A DNA stretch of 64,000 nt from Gammaproteobacteria bacterium (lineage in GTDB: Bacteria; Pseudomonadota; Gammaproteobacteria; Eutrophobiales; Eutrophobiaceae), in NCBI GenBank assembly GCA_965222155.1, contig CBDCTH010000012.1, positions 2,816,001-2,880,000 on the forward strand, in the 5' to 3' direction. Positions 35,153 through 45,679 of this stretch are shown piece by piece (position 1 is the first letter of the stretch; each line of letters begins with the position of its first letter). The notes under the pieces are model-generated. The model was given only the letters and a program-made list of their open reading frames with translations, searched no databases and was not told where the DNA came from. The translations under genes and the position numbers were made by a program.

Positions 35153-35615
35153 TAATTAATTCCATGCGACTTCCCTTCGGACCAAAAGGATCAATCATTA
35201 CGAATGACGGGGCAAGCTTTTTTTTCTGTTCTTCAAGATAATTAAGGATTGCTGTCATATTATTATCGAATTCACCGACAAGAACTTTCCAGGTAACGTC
35301 CGGAATGGAGTCAAACTTCTGCAAGACTCGTTCAAGGTGGTTCGCATGGCTGGTATCCGATTCCATGAAAAGGCAGACAATTTCCGCATTTTTTAATTTG
35401 CCCCCGCGCTTTTGCTGTTTTACACATTCCAACGCAATCACCGGTGACCCTGGTTCACCACCTGAGTACTCACCCGGCCCGGCGAAACCGTCGATATACA
35501 GGATTCGAGTATGGGAGCTGCCCAAGATTGGAAACCAGCCATCCAGGTAATACTTCAAAATCAGATGCTTACCTTCCGTATGCTCCCCTTTTGTCCAAAG
35601 CTGTTGTGAAGACAT
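35153..35615 (-). pseudogene. tcmP: Three-Cys-motif partner protein (TcmP family), C-terminally truncated by IS5
   Basis: HTEGKHLILKYYL, YIDGFAGPGEY, GSPVIAL, FVMIDPFG; ORF runs into the IS inverted repeat. Confidence 0.8.
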
Positions 35616-35769
35616 TAAAAGTAAGTTTCTTGCGTATGAGCGGATAAAGAACTGGTATCACGGATCTTATTTGTTTCGACGAAGAATTGTTTCAGAGTCA
35701 TATCACGGTCGGTGGCGATAATCATAGCCTGTCGAATATTGGGTCAGGAAGTTCGATTGACGTTTCCAT
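35615..35769 (-). pseudogene. Frameshifted ribbon-helix-helix antitoxin-like remnant
   Basis: METSIELPDPIFDR followed in another frame by AMIIATDRDMTLKQFFVE; resembles small RHH antitoxins. Confidence 0.4.
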
Positions 35770-35830
35770 ACTGTCTGTCCCTCGTTAACGCTGAGCCTTC
35801 CTTGTGGGTATTTCGCTTAACGGCTGTCAA

Positions 35831-36136
35831 TCAAGCTGGTTCGTAACGACGAACGTTGACCTCGCTTGCGCGGGCGCGCATCTGCGAGGCGTCCCACCAA
35901 GCCTGCATTCGCAATAGCATATCCATACTGACGTTAAAGGCTTTCTCGATACGTAAAGCCATCTCCGGCGATAACGAGGCATGTCCGTTCAGCAGGGCCG
36001 AAAGTGTCGCCCGGCGTACCCCCAGGATCTCCGCCGCCCTTGTCAAGCTTAGACCCAATTCCTCGATGACCTCTGTGCGGATGAAATCGCCTGGATGCGA
36101 AGGGGTCATGTTCACTTTGACATTATTGATAGCCAT
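35831..36136 (-). CDS. higA: HigA family antitoxin (HTH)
   Basis: PSHPGDFIR, AAEILGVRRATLSALLNG, LSPEMALRIEKAF, LRMQ. Confidence 0.93.
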   Translation of the reverse strand: MAINNVKVNMTPSHPGDFIRTEVIEELGLSLTRAAEILGVRRATLSALLNGHASLSPEMALRIEKAFNVSMDMLLRMQAWWDASQMRARASEVNVRRYEPA

Positions 36137-36426
36137 CAGTGGTAATCCTCCAAGTTCAGGTGGTCGATATAACCATCCTCTTCTTCAAACGTGATTCGCC
36201 AATTGCCTGATACAGAAACGCTCCATTTATTCTGCCGGTCACCTGAGAGTCGGTGGACGCGCCAGCCGGACGGAGCGTCAGCAATAAACTCGCCGATGTC
36301 CCCGGCCAGGATCAGTACCGTCAAGATCTTGCGCACCCGGTTGACAAGGGTCTGCCGCAGGAACCGGGAGTTATCGTCCTCGATCAATCGGCGCAAGCCC
36401 CGGTGCCGGACAGAGCGAACAATCAT
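36136..36426 (-). CDS. higB: HigB/RelE family toxin
   Basis: RHRGLRRL, HRLSGDR, WSVSVSGNWRITF, LEDYH; toxin upstream of antitoxin. Confidence 0.93.
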   Translation of the reverse strand: MIVRSVRHRGLRRLIEDDNSRFLRQTLVNRVRKILTVLILAGDIGEFIADAPSGWRVHRLSGDRQNKWSVSVSGNWRITFEEEDGYIDHLNLEDYH

Positions 36427-36620
36427 GCTGTGAGTGTACGGTAATACCGTTCACTATGCAAGCCTTTTTCCTGGGTTTATTAGGAATAAATGAACAATGT
36501 TTGTCACTATCGCCATTTCCGTTGATAATACCGCTTTTCACGCACTGCTCAGGTGAGAGCCAGACATTGATCGAAGAATTGAAAGACCTGTTGCGTCAAT
36601 AGCGAGCCGATTGATCGACC

Positions 36621-39600
36621 ATGGCCCTGAACCCCGTCGTCTATACCGAAAAGATACTCAAGAGTTTCCTTCGCTATCAACTTACCGCGTATCCGTTTGC
36701 CGACCCCGGCCTGCACGCGCAGATGCGCGACTTGCTTTCCCTTGACGAGACGCGCCAATCTCCATTGCTCAAAGGGCCTTACGTCAGCTTGTCACGTCCT
36801 TTTCGCGCAGGCGCCCCAATAGAAAAACTGGTCAGCGAGGGACTGCTGCACCCGCACCTACATGAGCGCATTCCATCCGAACTTACGCACCTCTACAGCC
36901 ACCAGAAGCAGGCGTTTCGCGCCATTTATGACGGCAGGACAACGCTTATTTCGACCGGGACCGGTTCCGGCAAGACCGAATGTTTCCTCTATCCCATCGT
37001 CAGCCGCTGTCTGTCCATGCGGGACGAGGGCGCGCCGCCGGGCATCAGTGCGGTGATCATCTATCCCATGAACGCGCTGGCAGAAGATCAGCTCATGCGG
37101 TTACGCTCACTGCTGGCGGGCACGGGTATTCCGTTCGGCATGTACGTGGGCAAGACACCGGAACTGGAAACGGAGGTGGCCGGCATCAGACTGCCTGCGG
37201 GGTCATCGCGCGCGGATTATACAGATCGACTCGACCGCACGCGGCGCGAAGGCAGCGGCGAAACGGTCTATCCGGCTGAGGAAGTCTGTTCCCGCAAAAT
37301 GATGCGTACGGAGGGGCGACAACCCCGGGTCCTGCTCACCAATGTCAAACAACTCGAACTGTTGCTGACACGCGCACAGGACGTGGAACTTTTTAACGCG
37401 GCGCGGCTTGACTACCTGATCTTCGATGAAGCCCACACGTTCACAGGGGCGCTCGGGGCAGAAACCGCCTGCCTGGTGCGCAGGCTACGTACCTTCTGTG
37501 GGCACGGGGCGGAAAATACGGTGTACGTGGCTACTTCTGCAACTATTGTTGACCAAAAAGAACCCGATTCGGCGCGCAGTTTTGCTGCCCGCTTTTTCGG
37601 GGTAGCCGCAGATTCCGTGGTCACGATAGACGAAGGCTATGAAGAGGAGGCCTGGCCGGACACGCGCACACTGCCGCCCGCGCCTGATGGCGAGACGGCG
37701 ATGGTCCTGGATCGATGTGTGCGGGCCGTTGAAGAAGATGAATCAAACGATACCAAAGTGCGCGACGCGTACCGTTCACTCTCGGGGCGTGATCTGGAAC
37801 CGGGTAATTGGGCGGAAGCGCTGTATACGGCCCTGTCCAGAAATGAACTCGTATATCAATTAAACCGGGAATTAGTAACGCCCAAGCCCCTGGACGAACT
37901 GCCGGAAACACTGCAAAAACACGTCTCGCGTCCGGTAACCGAAGCGGAAATTCTTGCGTGGTTGACCTTGGGCGCGGCAGCGCGGCGGGAGGGACGCCCG
38001 TTATTAAGACCCGTCGTACATGGATTCATTCGCGGCATCAGCGGAGCCGTGGTGACGTTTCCCGAGGTAGGGCAGGGCCCGAGGCTATGGCTGGCCGCCG
38101 AGGACGAAATCGGGGAACAAACAGACAGAGGGAATCACGCACATTTTCCAGTGACCACCTGCACAACCTGCGGACAGCACTACTATATCGCTTTCCTGAA
38201 GGACTTCGAATTCACCGGAAAAACGCCTGGCGGGGGGGAAGCAGGGCCGGAGGGATCATATTGGCCGCCCCTGGAGAAAACACATGGCGGAAAACGCGCC
38301 GTATTTGTAGATAAGCTTATTGGCAATAGCGATGATGAAACAGGACCTAACGAGCGCACCACGCACCTGTATTTCTGCCGCGGTTGTGGCGCCGCGCATC
38401 CCGATCCTGTCCGGTGTTGCCGTTCCTGTGGTAGCGCGGGTGGACCCATCGGATTGTTTGCCATTCGCGAGAAGAAGAACCACCCGGGACACCTGAGTAG
38501 TTGCCTTTCCTGTGGCAGCGTCGGACGTAACTTCAGCGACCAATATCGCGAACCCGCACGACCGGTGCGAGCAACCAACGTTGCCGACGTTCACGTGCTG
38601 GCTCAGGATATGGTGCATCATTCGGAACGCCCCAGACTGTTGGTATTCTGCGATAACCGACAGGATGCCGCGTTTCAGGCAGGCTGGATGAAAGACCATG
38701 CGCGTCGTTATCGCCTGCGCGCCCTGATGGCGGAGGGTATCAGGGAAACACCGCGTTCCATCGGCGATTTAACCGCTGTCCTTGAAGACAGGATAGAGCA
38801 GGACCAGGCACTGTCACGTGCATTGATTCCCGAGGTCTGGCAGGTGGCGCGACGTGAGGGTAGTGGTGGACAGCATGAACGGGAACGTCGAAAATTTCTA
38901 CGTTTCCAGGTGTTACGCGAAATTGCGCTTTCTTCCCGTCAAGCCCTGGGCCTTGAAGCCTGGGGGCGGATGAAGGTGGAATACCAGGGACTTGACGCTT
39001 CGCTGCCCTGGATACAGTCTCAGGCTCACAGGCTGGCACTGCCCGCTGAAGTATTTCGTGAAGGCATTTCAGGTATCCTTGATTATCTACGGCGTAAACG
39101 TGTATTACACGATCCTGAGCACGAAATTTTTACCAAGTACTGGATGGAGGGCGACCGGGAAATACAGCAGGGCTACCTGCCTGACTTTCTCAGGCCCAAC
39201 GCCACCAAACTACGCCGGGGAGTTGGTGAAAAACAGGAATTAGTCACGCAGTGGCTCAGTAACGGTGGTAATACCACAATATGGCAGATTGCAAAAAAAT
39301 GGGGGGCCGCGTCGGAGCATGTTCCTGAACTGCTGGAAAGTCTGTTCGAGTTCCTGGTTGAACGGAAGTTGCTAACCCCGGTGCGGCTCAAAGGCGCACG
39401 AGGCCGTGCGCTTCCCAACGTCAGCGAAGTCTACCAGGTAAACGCCGATCTCCTCCGCTTAAATCCCAACCGGGGTGTCTGGCGTTGCAGGAGTTGTCGG
39501 CGCACTACGACTCGGCGCCTTCCCCAAGACTGTTGTCCCGCGTGGCGTTGTAGCGGGATTCTGGAATTCGTCCCAGAACCCCCCGACAACTACGACCTGC

Positions 39601-42035
39601 AACTCCTTGACCAAGCATATTCAATGCTGCGACCGGAGGAACATACGGCAATGGTGCCGGTGGAAGAACGCGAACGCCTGGAGAATTTGTTCAAGGGCGA
39701 GTCTGAGGCAGTGAACTGTTTTGTATGTACACCCACTTTGGAACTGGGTATCGACATTGGCCGGCTTGACGCCGTATTAATGCGTAACGTGCCGCCTCTG
39801 CCTGCCAATTACTGGCAACGGGCTGGGCGAGCCGGACGACGTCATCGCATGGCGGTGGATATCACCTACTGCCGTCCGGTCTCCCACGACCGCGCTTACT
39901 TTACGGAACCTACCAAACTGCTTGCCGGGCGCATTGACCCGCCCGCTTTTAACCTGCGTAACAATGTGATGGTTGCCAAACACGTACACGCGACGATTAT
40001 CACCCGGTTACATGAATATGCCCGAGACACAACGCGAACCGAGAATGAACGCGACGTCATCCGGGAGGTACTGAGCGCCTGCCTGCCTGGACGGGTCAGC
40101 TCTTACCTGTTCGAGGATGGGAACTTGCGCCATGATGAATTCGACCTTACGCCTCTGCGAGAGCTGATTGAGCAAAATAGCCTTGATATCGTCAGGCACG
40201 TGCAGCAGGTTTTTTGTCAAGGCTGGCCCGAAACGGACACGGAGGTAGTTGCTCCCGGGGCGTTGCAGGCACACTGCGAAATGTTTGTTGATGACCTGGA
40301 TGCTGCGATTGCACGCTTGCGACGACGCCTGCGTTGGGCGCTGGAACAGATCAAACGTCTCAATATCCGACGCGAGCAAACAGGCACCTTGGAAGCCCTG
40401 GACGAAACCCTGTTCCGTCGCTGTGACAGCCTGGTCAAGCGGTTCAAGGGAACTTACCGACGAACACGACGTGACGCGGAGAGACACGACGACTTCACTA
40501 CCTTCAACGTGCTGGCGGCTGAGGGATTTCTGCCGGGTTACGGCCTCGAAACCGGGGCGGTGATCGGTTGGGCCGAAATCCCATTCTGGCGCACCGGGGC
40601 GATGGACTTTGTACTGCCGCGCCCGGCCGCTAATGCATTACGCGAATACGTACCCGGCAACCTGATTTATGCCAACGGTCATCGATTCGTCGCGCGGCGA
40701 TTTCACCGTGACATTAACGAGGAACGAGCCGAGACGCCGTTGTATGAAATCTCGGTCGAACATCAGGCGGTGAAGCCGCTCAATACCGGCGTGGATTCCT
40801 TGCTGAGCGCGCAAACTATTCAGACCATGGCAGTCTGCGATACGGATCTCATCCATTCATCCCATATATCGGACGAAGAGGTGTTGCGTTTCCAGCTAGG
40901 CGTTGCTATCTACGGGATTGAGCTTGACCAACACGATGGCGGCCAGACGTTTCGCTGGGGGCCACAACGCCTACAGCTTCGACGCGGTGTGCGTATGCGG
41001 CTTGTCAACGTGGGTGCATCGAGCGCCATTCAACGCGACGGTTTGTTCGGCTATCCTGTATGCATGGTATGCGGCCACAGTGTCTCTCCACTCTCCTCGG
41101 AACGGCAGCGCAACCAGTTCAGGAAATCGCACGCTGAGCGGTGTCATCGTGAACCGAAGTCAATCGGGTTCTATGCCGACATAACCGCTGACGTCCTGTC
41201 GCTGCCTGCCTGCGAGGATGCGACAACCGCTTATAGCTTGGTGGAGGCACTGCGCTTTGCCGCCACTCGCGTTCTCGACATGCACACGGAGGACTTGCAG
41301 GTGCTTGTAATCGGTCACGTAAACCGGGATGATGTGGACGCGCTCCTGTGGGACCCAATGCCTGGGGGTTCGGGATTACTGGACCGATTATGTGAACGTT
41401 TTGAAACTGTCGTCCAGGTTGCGCTGGAGATAGTTGAAAACTGTCCCAGCGCCTGCGAGGCCTCCTGTGTTGATTGTCTTCAGACGTTTCGTAATGCCTA
41501 CTATCATCAATCACTGAATCGACGTCTGGCGCGCGAACGATTTCACGATTGGGGGCGACGTTTATCAGTTGACCATGATATTCCACCTAAGTACCCGACC
41601 GAGACGCCAGAAGAAAATGCCGTTCCCGTAAATGACGCGGAAGTGAAATTACGTCATTTGCTGATCGCAGCCGGATTCAGTGGAGGTGTCCGGAACAAGC
41701 AGATCCGGCTTGACCACGTGTTGGGTACGACGACGCCGGATGTTATGTATCGTGCGGAGCATCATGAACAAAATGAAGGGATTTGTATCTACCTCGACGG
41801 CTTAAGCAGACACCTGCACGGGAATCCTGAAACGGCCGAACGGGATCGCAACATACGCAGTTGGCTGCGTAATCATGGCTATGAAGTCATTGAGATCAGC
41901 GTCAACGAACTTGACGATGAAGATGCTATGGTGAGACATTTCCGACGACTGGCAAACTACCTCGGGATGTTGGACGTACGAGAACGAATCCGAAATGATC
42001 GGTCCTGGTTCCACACTCCGGCAGACGTCGTATGA
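36621..42035 (+). CDS. Large SF2 DEAD/DEAH helicase with zinc fingers, DUF1998 and a C-terminal Vsr/DUF559-like nuclease domain (DruE/DrmAB-like defence protein)
   Basis: TGTGSGKT, YPMNALAEDQ, DEAH, several CxxC pairs, CTPTLELGIDIG, QRAGRAGR, CPSACEASCVDCL, TPD...IYLDG...H...RDRNIRSWLRNHGYEVIEI. Confidence 0.88.
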   Translation: MALNPVVYTEKILKSFLRYQLTAYPFADPGLHAQMRDLLSLDETRQSPLLKGPYVSLSRPFRAGAPIEKLVSEGLLHPHLHERIPSELTHLYSHQKQAFRAIYDGRTTLISTGTGSGKTECFLYPIVSRCLSMRDEGAPPGISAVIIYPMNALAEDQLMRLRSLLAGTGIPFGMYVGKTPELETEVAGIRLPAGSSRADYTDRLDRTRREGSGETVYPAEEVCSRKMMRTEGRQPRVLLTNVKQLELLLTRAQDVELFNAARLDYLIFDEAHTFTGALGAETACLVRRLRTFCGHGAENTVYVATSATIVDQKEPDSARSFAARFFGVAADSVVTIDEGYEEEAWPDTRTLPPAPDGETAMVLDRCVRAVEEDESNDTKVRDAYRSLSGRDLEPGNWAEALYTALSRNELVYQLNRELVTPKPLDELPETLQKHVSRPVTEAEILAWLTLGAAARREGRPLLRPVVHGFIRGISGAVVTFPEVGQGPRLWLAAEDEIGEQTDRGNHAHFPVTTCTTCGQHYYIAFLKDFEFTGKTPGGGEAGPEGSYWPPLEKTHGGKRAVFVDKLIGNSDDETGPNERTTHLYFCRGCGAAHPDPVRCCRSCGSAGGPIGLFAIREKKNHPGHLSSCLSCGSVGRNFSDQYREPARPVRATNVADVHVLAQDMVHHSERPRLLVFCDNRQDAAFQAGWMKDHARRYRLRALMAEGIRETPRSIGDLTAVLEDRIEQDQALSRALIPEVWQVARREGSGGQHERERRKFLRFQVLREIALSSRQALGLEAWGRMKVEYQGLDASLPWIQSQAHRLALPAEVFREGISGILDYLRRKRVLHDPEHEIFTKYWMEGDREIQQGYLPDFLRPNATKLRRGVGEKQELVTQWLSNGGNTTIWQIAKKWGAASEHVPELLESLFEFLVERKLLTPVRLKGARGRALPNVSEVYQVNADLLRLNPNRGVWRCRSCRRTTTRRLPQDCCPAWRCSGILEFVPEPPDNYDLQLLDQAYSMLRPEEHTAMVPVEERERLENLFKGESEAVNCFVCTPTLELGIDIGRLDAVLMRNVPPLPANYWQRAGRAGRRHRMAVDITYCRPVSHDRAYFTEPTKLLAGRIDPPAFNLRNNVMVAKHVHATIITRLHEYARDTTRTENERDVIREVLSACLPGRVSSYLFEDGNLRHDEFDLTPLRELIEQNSLDIVRHVQQVFCQGWPETDTEVVAPGALQAHCEMFVDDLDAAIARLRRRLRWALEQIKRLNIRREQTGTLEALDETLFRRCDSLVKRFKGTYRRTRRDAERHDDFTTFNVLAAEGFLPGYGLETGAVIGWAEIPFWRTGAMDFVLPRPAANALREYVPGNLIYANGHRFVARRFHRDINEERAETPLYEISVEHQAVKPLNTGVDSLLSAQTIQTMAVCDTDLIHSSHISDEEVLRFQLGVAIYGIELDQHDGGQTFRWGPQRLQLRRGVRMRLVNVGASSAIQRDGLFGYPVCMVCGHSVSPLSSERQRNQFRKSHAERCHREPKSIGFYADITADVLSLPACEDATTAYSLVEALRFAATRVLDMHTEDLQVLVIGHVNRDDVDALLWDPMPGGSGLLDRLCERFETVVQVALEIVENCPSACEASCVDCLQTFRNAYYHQSLNRRLARERFHDWGRRLSVDHDIPPKYPTETPEENAVPVNDAEVKLRHLLIAAGFSGGVRNKQIRLDHVLGTTTPDVMYRAEHHEQNEGICIYLDGLSRHLHGNPETAERDRNIRSWLRNHGYEVIEISVNELDDEDAMVRHFRRLANYLGMLDVRERIRNDRSWFHTPADVV

Positions 42036-42508
42036 ATTTGAGCCATGCGTTGTTATCACTGAAGAAGACCGAATACGAGACTGATCTATTGCGTAGACTT
42101 AGACTCATGAATAATACTGCACTCTCGTATACTGAATGGACACAATCCAGTGATCCGAATTTCAAGAGTCCGACAAAGGCAAAAGCTTATTCATTGGCCC
42201 GTACCGTGAACTTAAATCCACTTCCAAAACCTCCACCCTTCAGAGAACACCCGGTTTGGGTAATAAATTCAAACAAGGGATTACGTTCCCTGAAAAAGCC
42301 TGTTGTACTTCAGGTAAAAATCGAAGGAGACACTTATTTTGCGGAAAATAATTTCCTGGAAATCTGCGGATATGGAGATAGCCCCTTTAAGGCCTTGGAT
42401 GATGCAATAAAAGAACTCGCTTATTGCTATGAGTATTATGGAAACCTTAATGAAAATGAAGTTGTCGGACACGGTGTTACAGTCAGAAATCGATTTCTGG
42501 ATCTGTAA
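42032..42508 (+). CDS. HicB-like antitoxin (partial RNase H fold)
   Basis: IEGDTYFAEN...ICGYGDSPFKALDDAIKEL resembles the HicB core; upstream of a HicA-like gene. Confidence 0.6.
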   Translation: MNLSHALLSLKKTEYETDLLRRLRLMNNTALSYTEWTQSSDPNFKSPTKAKAYSLARTVNLNPLPKPPPFREHPVWVINSNKGLRSLKKPVVLQVKIEGDTYFAENNFLEICGYGDSPFKALDDAIKELAYCYEYYGNLNENEVVGHGVTVRNRFLDL

Positions 42509-42525
42509 TTTACCAGGAGTGTCCC

Positions 42526-42815
42526 ATGGAAAGAGAGAAAATCGCGTCCTCATTAAGGAAAAAAGGATTTGTCGAGGATATTAAGGGCCGTGACCACCGA
42601 TACTACCATCATCAGGTCAACGGAAAAAGAACAGGAGTACGGACCAAGCTTTCCATGGGCAGTAAATATAAACGTCTCGGAACTCCACTGCTTGCAAAAA
42701 TAAAAAACAATTGAAATTAGACTCTTCCAAAGATCTCGCTGATTTAGTGAATTGCCCTATGACGGAAGATGACTATATCGAAATTCTTAAAGTCAAAGAT
42801 ATACTGAAATTGTAG
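42526..42815 (+). pseudogene. HicA-like toxin, frameshifted in an A-run
   Basis: LRKKGF...GRDHRYY...RTKLSMG; continues in another frame as KQLKLDSSKDLADLVNCPMTEDDYIEIL after the A-run near 42702-42707. Confidence 0.65.
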
Positions 42816-43217
42816 AAGTCATGGCTTGAACGACCTTGCCGTGTTGCATTTCGAATGTCACTACAAACTTCAACATATCTGGAATTATTTGTATTATTCC
42901 AACACGACGATCAGCAAATCATCAGTCGGATAAATCGTAGTCAATAGCTTTCACTTCTCACCAAGTGATACGATGATAAATCGCCAAAACAGACGATTTG
43001 CACGGCGTAAACCGCCCGTAGGGTTACTTCCATAGATGGACGCGATGACAAATCGTTGGGATAAACGATCTGTACAACTCCAGGGGCAAGCTTTGTATGT
43101 TGTAAACAGAGCGCACATTAAGCGAAATCCGCAATAACGAGATAGTGAGCAGAATGCCAAAACCCCTTGACAGAAAACACATGTCCGATAGCAACAAATT
43201 ACGGTGAAATAGCTGGG

Positions 43218-44636
43218 CTAGAAAAACACCTGGGTGCGAAATGACAGGTACTCGGGGTCGCCATCGCCGATTCCCCAGTCACAGGTGTCTGCGCCGCCAT
43301 TGTCACAGAATGTTTTGACGTAATTCAGCTTGAACATCATGTTATTGTTGACATACCAGTTCAGCGCGGCGGTGAGTACGTCACCGGAATCAGCGCCGAT
43401 ACCGGCGCCAAGGTCGGTAGAACTGTAGCGCAGGCCCACTTCCCAGCTGCCCCAGCCGCCTCCGCCCAACGGGTCCTTGACCTTGACGCTGGTGAACGCG
43501 CCCCTGTTATAGCGCCGATTCTCCCCGGTGAGAAAATAACTGCCCTGGACGTAATAGCCTTCCATGTCGGTATCTCCGGCAATATCGATACCGTCAAAAT
43601 CACCGTAATAGTATTCCGCGCTGGCCGCAAACGGGCCCCAGACGCCGGCAGCCTCCAGGTTCATTCCCCAGAAATTATCTGCTGCAATGGCGCTGTCAGA
43701 ATCCACAATCCGATCGCCCTCGGATACGCCGGGCCTGACGCGGAACCGGTTCACCGTCCTGTTGGCATAGTGCTTATAGCCGAACGCTGCGCCGGTATGG
43801 ATCAAGCGGTTGCCTGACTGGTTAACCGGTAACCAGGTCACTCGCCCGGTAACCCCCCAACCGTCGTCGAGTTTACGTTCACTGATGGAGTCGGTAGCGC
43901 CGGCGCGTTGGCGCATCAGGTAGAGGCCGCCAGCCAGCGTATGTTTGTCTCCGGCATTCTCCAGGGTAATGCCGGGCGTGCGCCCGCCGATACCGATGGC
44001 CTCCGAGGTAAACAGGTCGGTCGGCACCGCGCGTTCGATAAAGGTAATGTATTTTGAGCTGGTCAGCGCGCTGAGAGAGAACGGCGCCTTGCGCTGGCCG
44101 ACAGTGACATCTGCCGGGTCCCAGGCCTTGTACTTGATGAACGCATCTTCAATGGACATGCTGTTGTCATCGGCGTCCTCCAAGTCGAACTGGAATTTCC
44201 AGTCCCAGTGTTCCCAGGCCGTGCCGGACAGGTAGATACGCGCCCGGCGGAATTGCTGCTCGCTGCTGCCTGCGTTGCCGTCGCTGTCGTTGCCGACCAG
44301 GGTGACATCATGCTGAGCGCGCGCGCCGATGCGAAATTTATGTTCATCAGTCTTGAACTCCAGTTTTCCCGCCGTTGTTATCCGGGGGGAAGGTTTGGCA
44401 GCCGCAACCACTTCAGGCTCCGGCTTGGACGCTGTTTGCGCGGTCTTTTTTTGCCCCTCAGCCAGGGCGGTCTGTCTCAACAGTTCGTATTCCTGCCCGC
44501 TGATACTCCCCTTGTCTCTGAGGATTTTCAACAGTTCCAGCATCGTGCTGTCGGCTGCATGGCTCGGTGCGTTCATCACGACCAGGCCGATTGTAAGTAG
44601 CGCGGCACATAGAAACCTGAAGGTTGCTTTATACAT
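43218..44636 (-). CDS. Phosphate-selective porin OprO/OprP family
   Basis: Signal peptide, FRRARIYLSG, LTSSKYITFIERA, GYYVQGSYFLTGE, WEVGLRYS, ALNWY, terminal F. Confidence 0.9.
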   Translation of the reverse strand: MYKATFRFLCAALLTIGLVVMNAPSHAADSTMLELLKILRDKGSISGQEYELLRQTALAEGQKKTAQTASKPEPEVVAAAKPSPRITTAGKLEFKTDEHKFRIGARAQHDVTLVGNDSDGNAGSSEQQFRRARIYLSGTAWEHWDWKFQFDLEDADDNSMSIEDAFIKYKAWDPADVTVGQRKAPFSLSALTSSKYITFIERAVPTDLFTSEAIGIGGRTPGITLENAGDKHTLAGGLYLMRQRAGATDSISERKLDDGWGVTGRVTWLPVNQSGNRLIHTGAAFGYKHYANRTVNRFRVRPGVSEGDRIVDSDSAIAADNFWGMNLEAAGVWGPFAASAEYYYGDFDGIDIAGDTDMEGYYVQGSYFLTGENRRYNRGAFTSVKVKDPLGGGGWGSWEVGLRYSSTDLGAGIGADSGDVLTAALNWYVNNNMMFKLNYVKTFCDNGGADTCDWGIGDGDPEYLSFRTQVFF

Positions 44637-44713
44637 ATTTGTTCTCCTTGGAACTATAGGAATTTATGCTTGTAGGCAGGTGCGACATCTCCTGAATAGA
44701 GTGCGCGAAATAA

Positions 44714-44753
44714 GTTACATTATTGTTAATTCTGGGTGATCATTCTGTTACAA
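44714..44753 (-). promoter_or_regulatory. Putative tandem Pho boxes upstream of the porin
   Basis: Minus-strand heptamers TTGTAAC, TGATCAC, AATTAAC, ATGTAAC at exact 11-bp spacing (plus-strand starts 44747, 44736, 44725, 44714); PhoB consensus is CTGTCAT-N4 repeats. Confidence 0.6.
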
Positions 44754-44793
44754 CACGCAAGGACAGCGGTACTTGCCATAACCCCGGGCAGGT

Positions 44794-45612
44794 TCAGAAC
44801 CCCCGGTGTTCCTTGATGCATTCGTAGGCCTGGCGGATCTCGTGTGTCTTCTGGGTGGCTATTTTCATCATTTCCTCGGGCAGTCCTTTCGACACCAGTT
44901 TGTCCGGGTGGTGCTGGCTGATCAGGCGGCGGTAGGCTTTTTTTACTTCGGCATCGCCGGCGTTTTCCTGTATGTCCAATACTGCATAGGCGTCATCCAG
45001 CGTGATGCGGCCATCGCCCTGGCGGCGGCGGTGCAGCTCGGCGGTAACCGATGCCAGGATGGATTCCAGCTCATACCCGGAGAAACCTATTTCATCACAA
45101 ACCAGGTGCAGCACGCGGTTTTCCGCGGGGTGCAGGGCCCCGTCGGCGTAGGCGGCATAACAGAGTATTTCAACGAACATCCGCTGCAGGGTAGTGCGCC
45201 GGCCGATTTCCCGTTGGAACTGGGAGAGGACGGCGTAGATGTCGAAACTCTCTTCCTTGCCTTCATTGAATAAGGCTTTGGCCGCGGCGCGCTGTTGCAG
45301 CGAAAGGTCCATATCCTCCATGACGCGGGCGGCCAGGCGGATTTCGTCTTTAGTGACTTTGCCGTCCGCCTTGCTGATGTGGCCCATCACGGAGAAGATG
45401 GCGGTAAAAAAGGCTGCTTGCACGCGGTACTGGTGGCCGCGCGGGAGGTCGCCGGACTGTCTGCTGCTACGGCGCCTGCCACCCGGTTGTTCGAAGTTGC
45501 CGGTTACGCCCCTGTCGAAATTACGCCCGACTGCCGCGCCCAGCACCGCGCCGAGCGGCCCACCCAGCATAAAGCCGAATGCGCCGCCGGCAAGGGTTCC
45601 CCACCATGACAT
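44794..45612 (-). CDS. djlA: Co-chaperone DjlA
   Basis: N-terminal Gly-rich TM, TerB-like SKADGKV, J-domain HHPDKL...GLPEEM. Confidence 0.95.
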   Translation of the reverse strand: MSWWGTLAGGAFGFMLGGPLGAVLGAAVGRNFDRGVTGNFEQPGGRRRSSRQSGDLPRGHQYRVQAAFFTAIFSVMGHISKADGKVTKDEIRLAARVMEDMDLSLQQRAAAKALFNEGKEESFDIYAVLSQFQREIGRRTTLQRMFVEILCYAAYADGALHPAENRVLHLVCDEIGFSGYELESILASVTAELHRRRQGDGRITLDDAYAVLDIQENAGDAEVKKAYRRLISQHHPDKLVSKGLPEEMMKIATQKTHEIRQAYECIKEHRGF

Positions 45613-45679
45613 TAGCTGGCTACCTTTTTCATGTTCATTTAATATTAAAGCAATATAATCTTAACGATTGTTTCTATTC

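Noticed and set aside
42840-43200. Intergenic stretch as an sRNA, att site or gene
   Set aside because: I could not find a convincing ORF, strong structure or a repeat matching the left island border.
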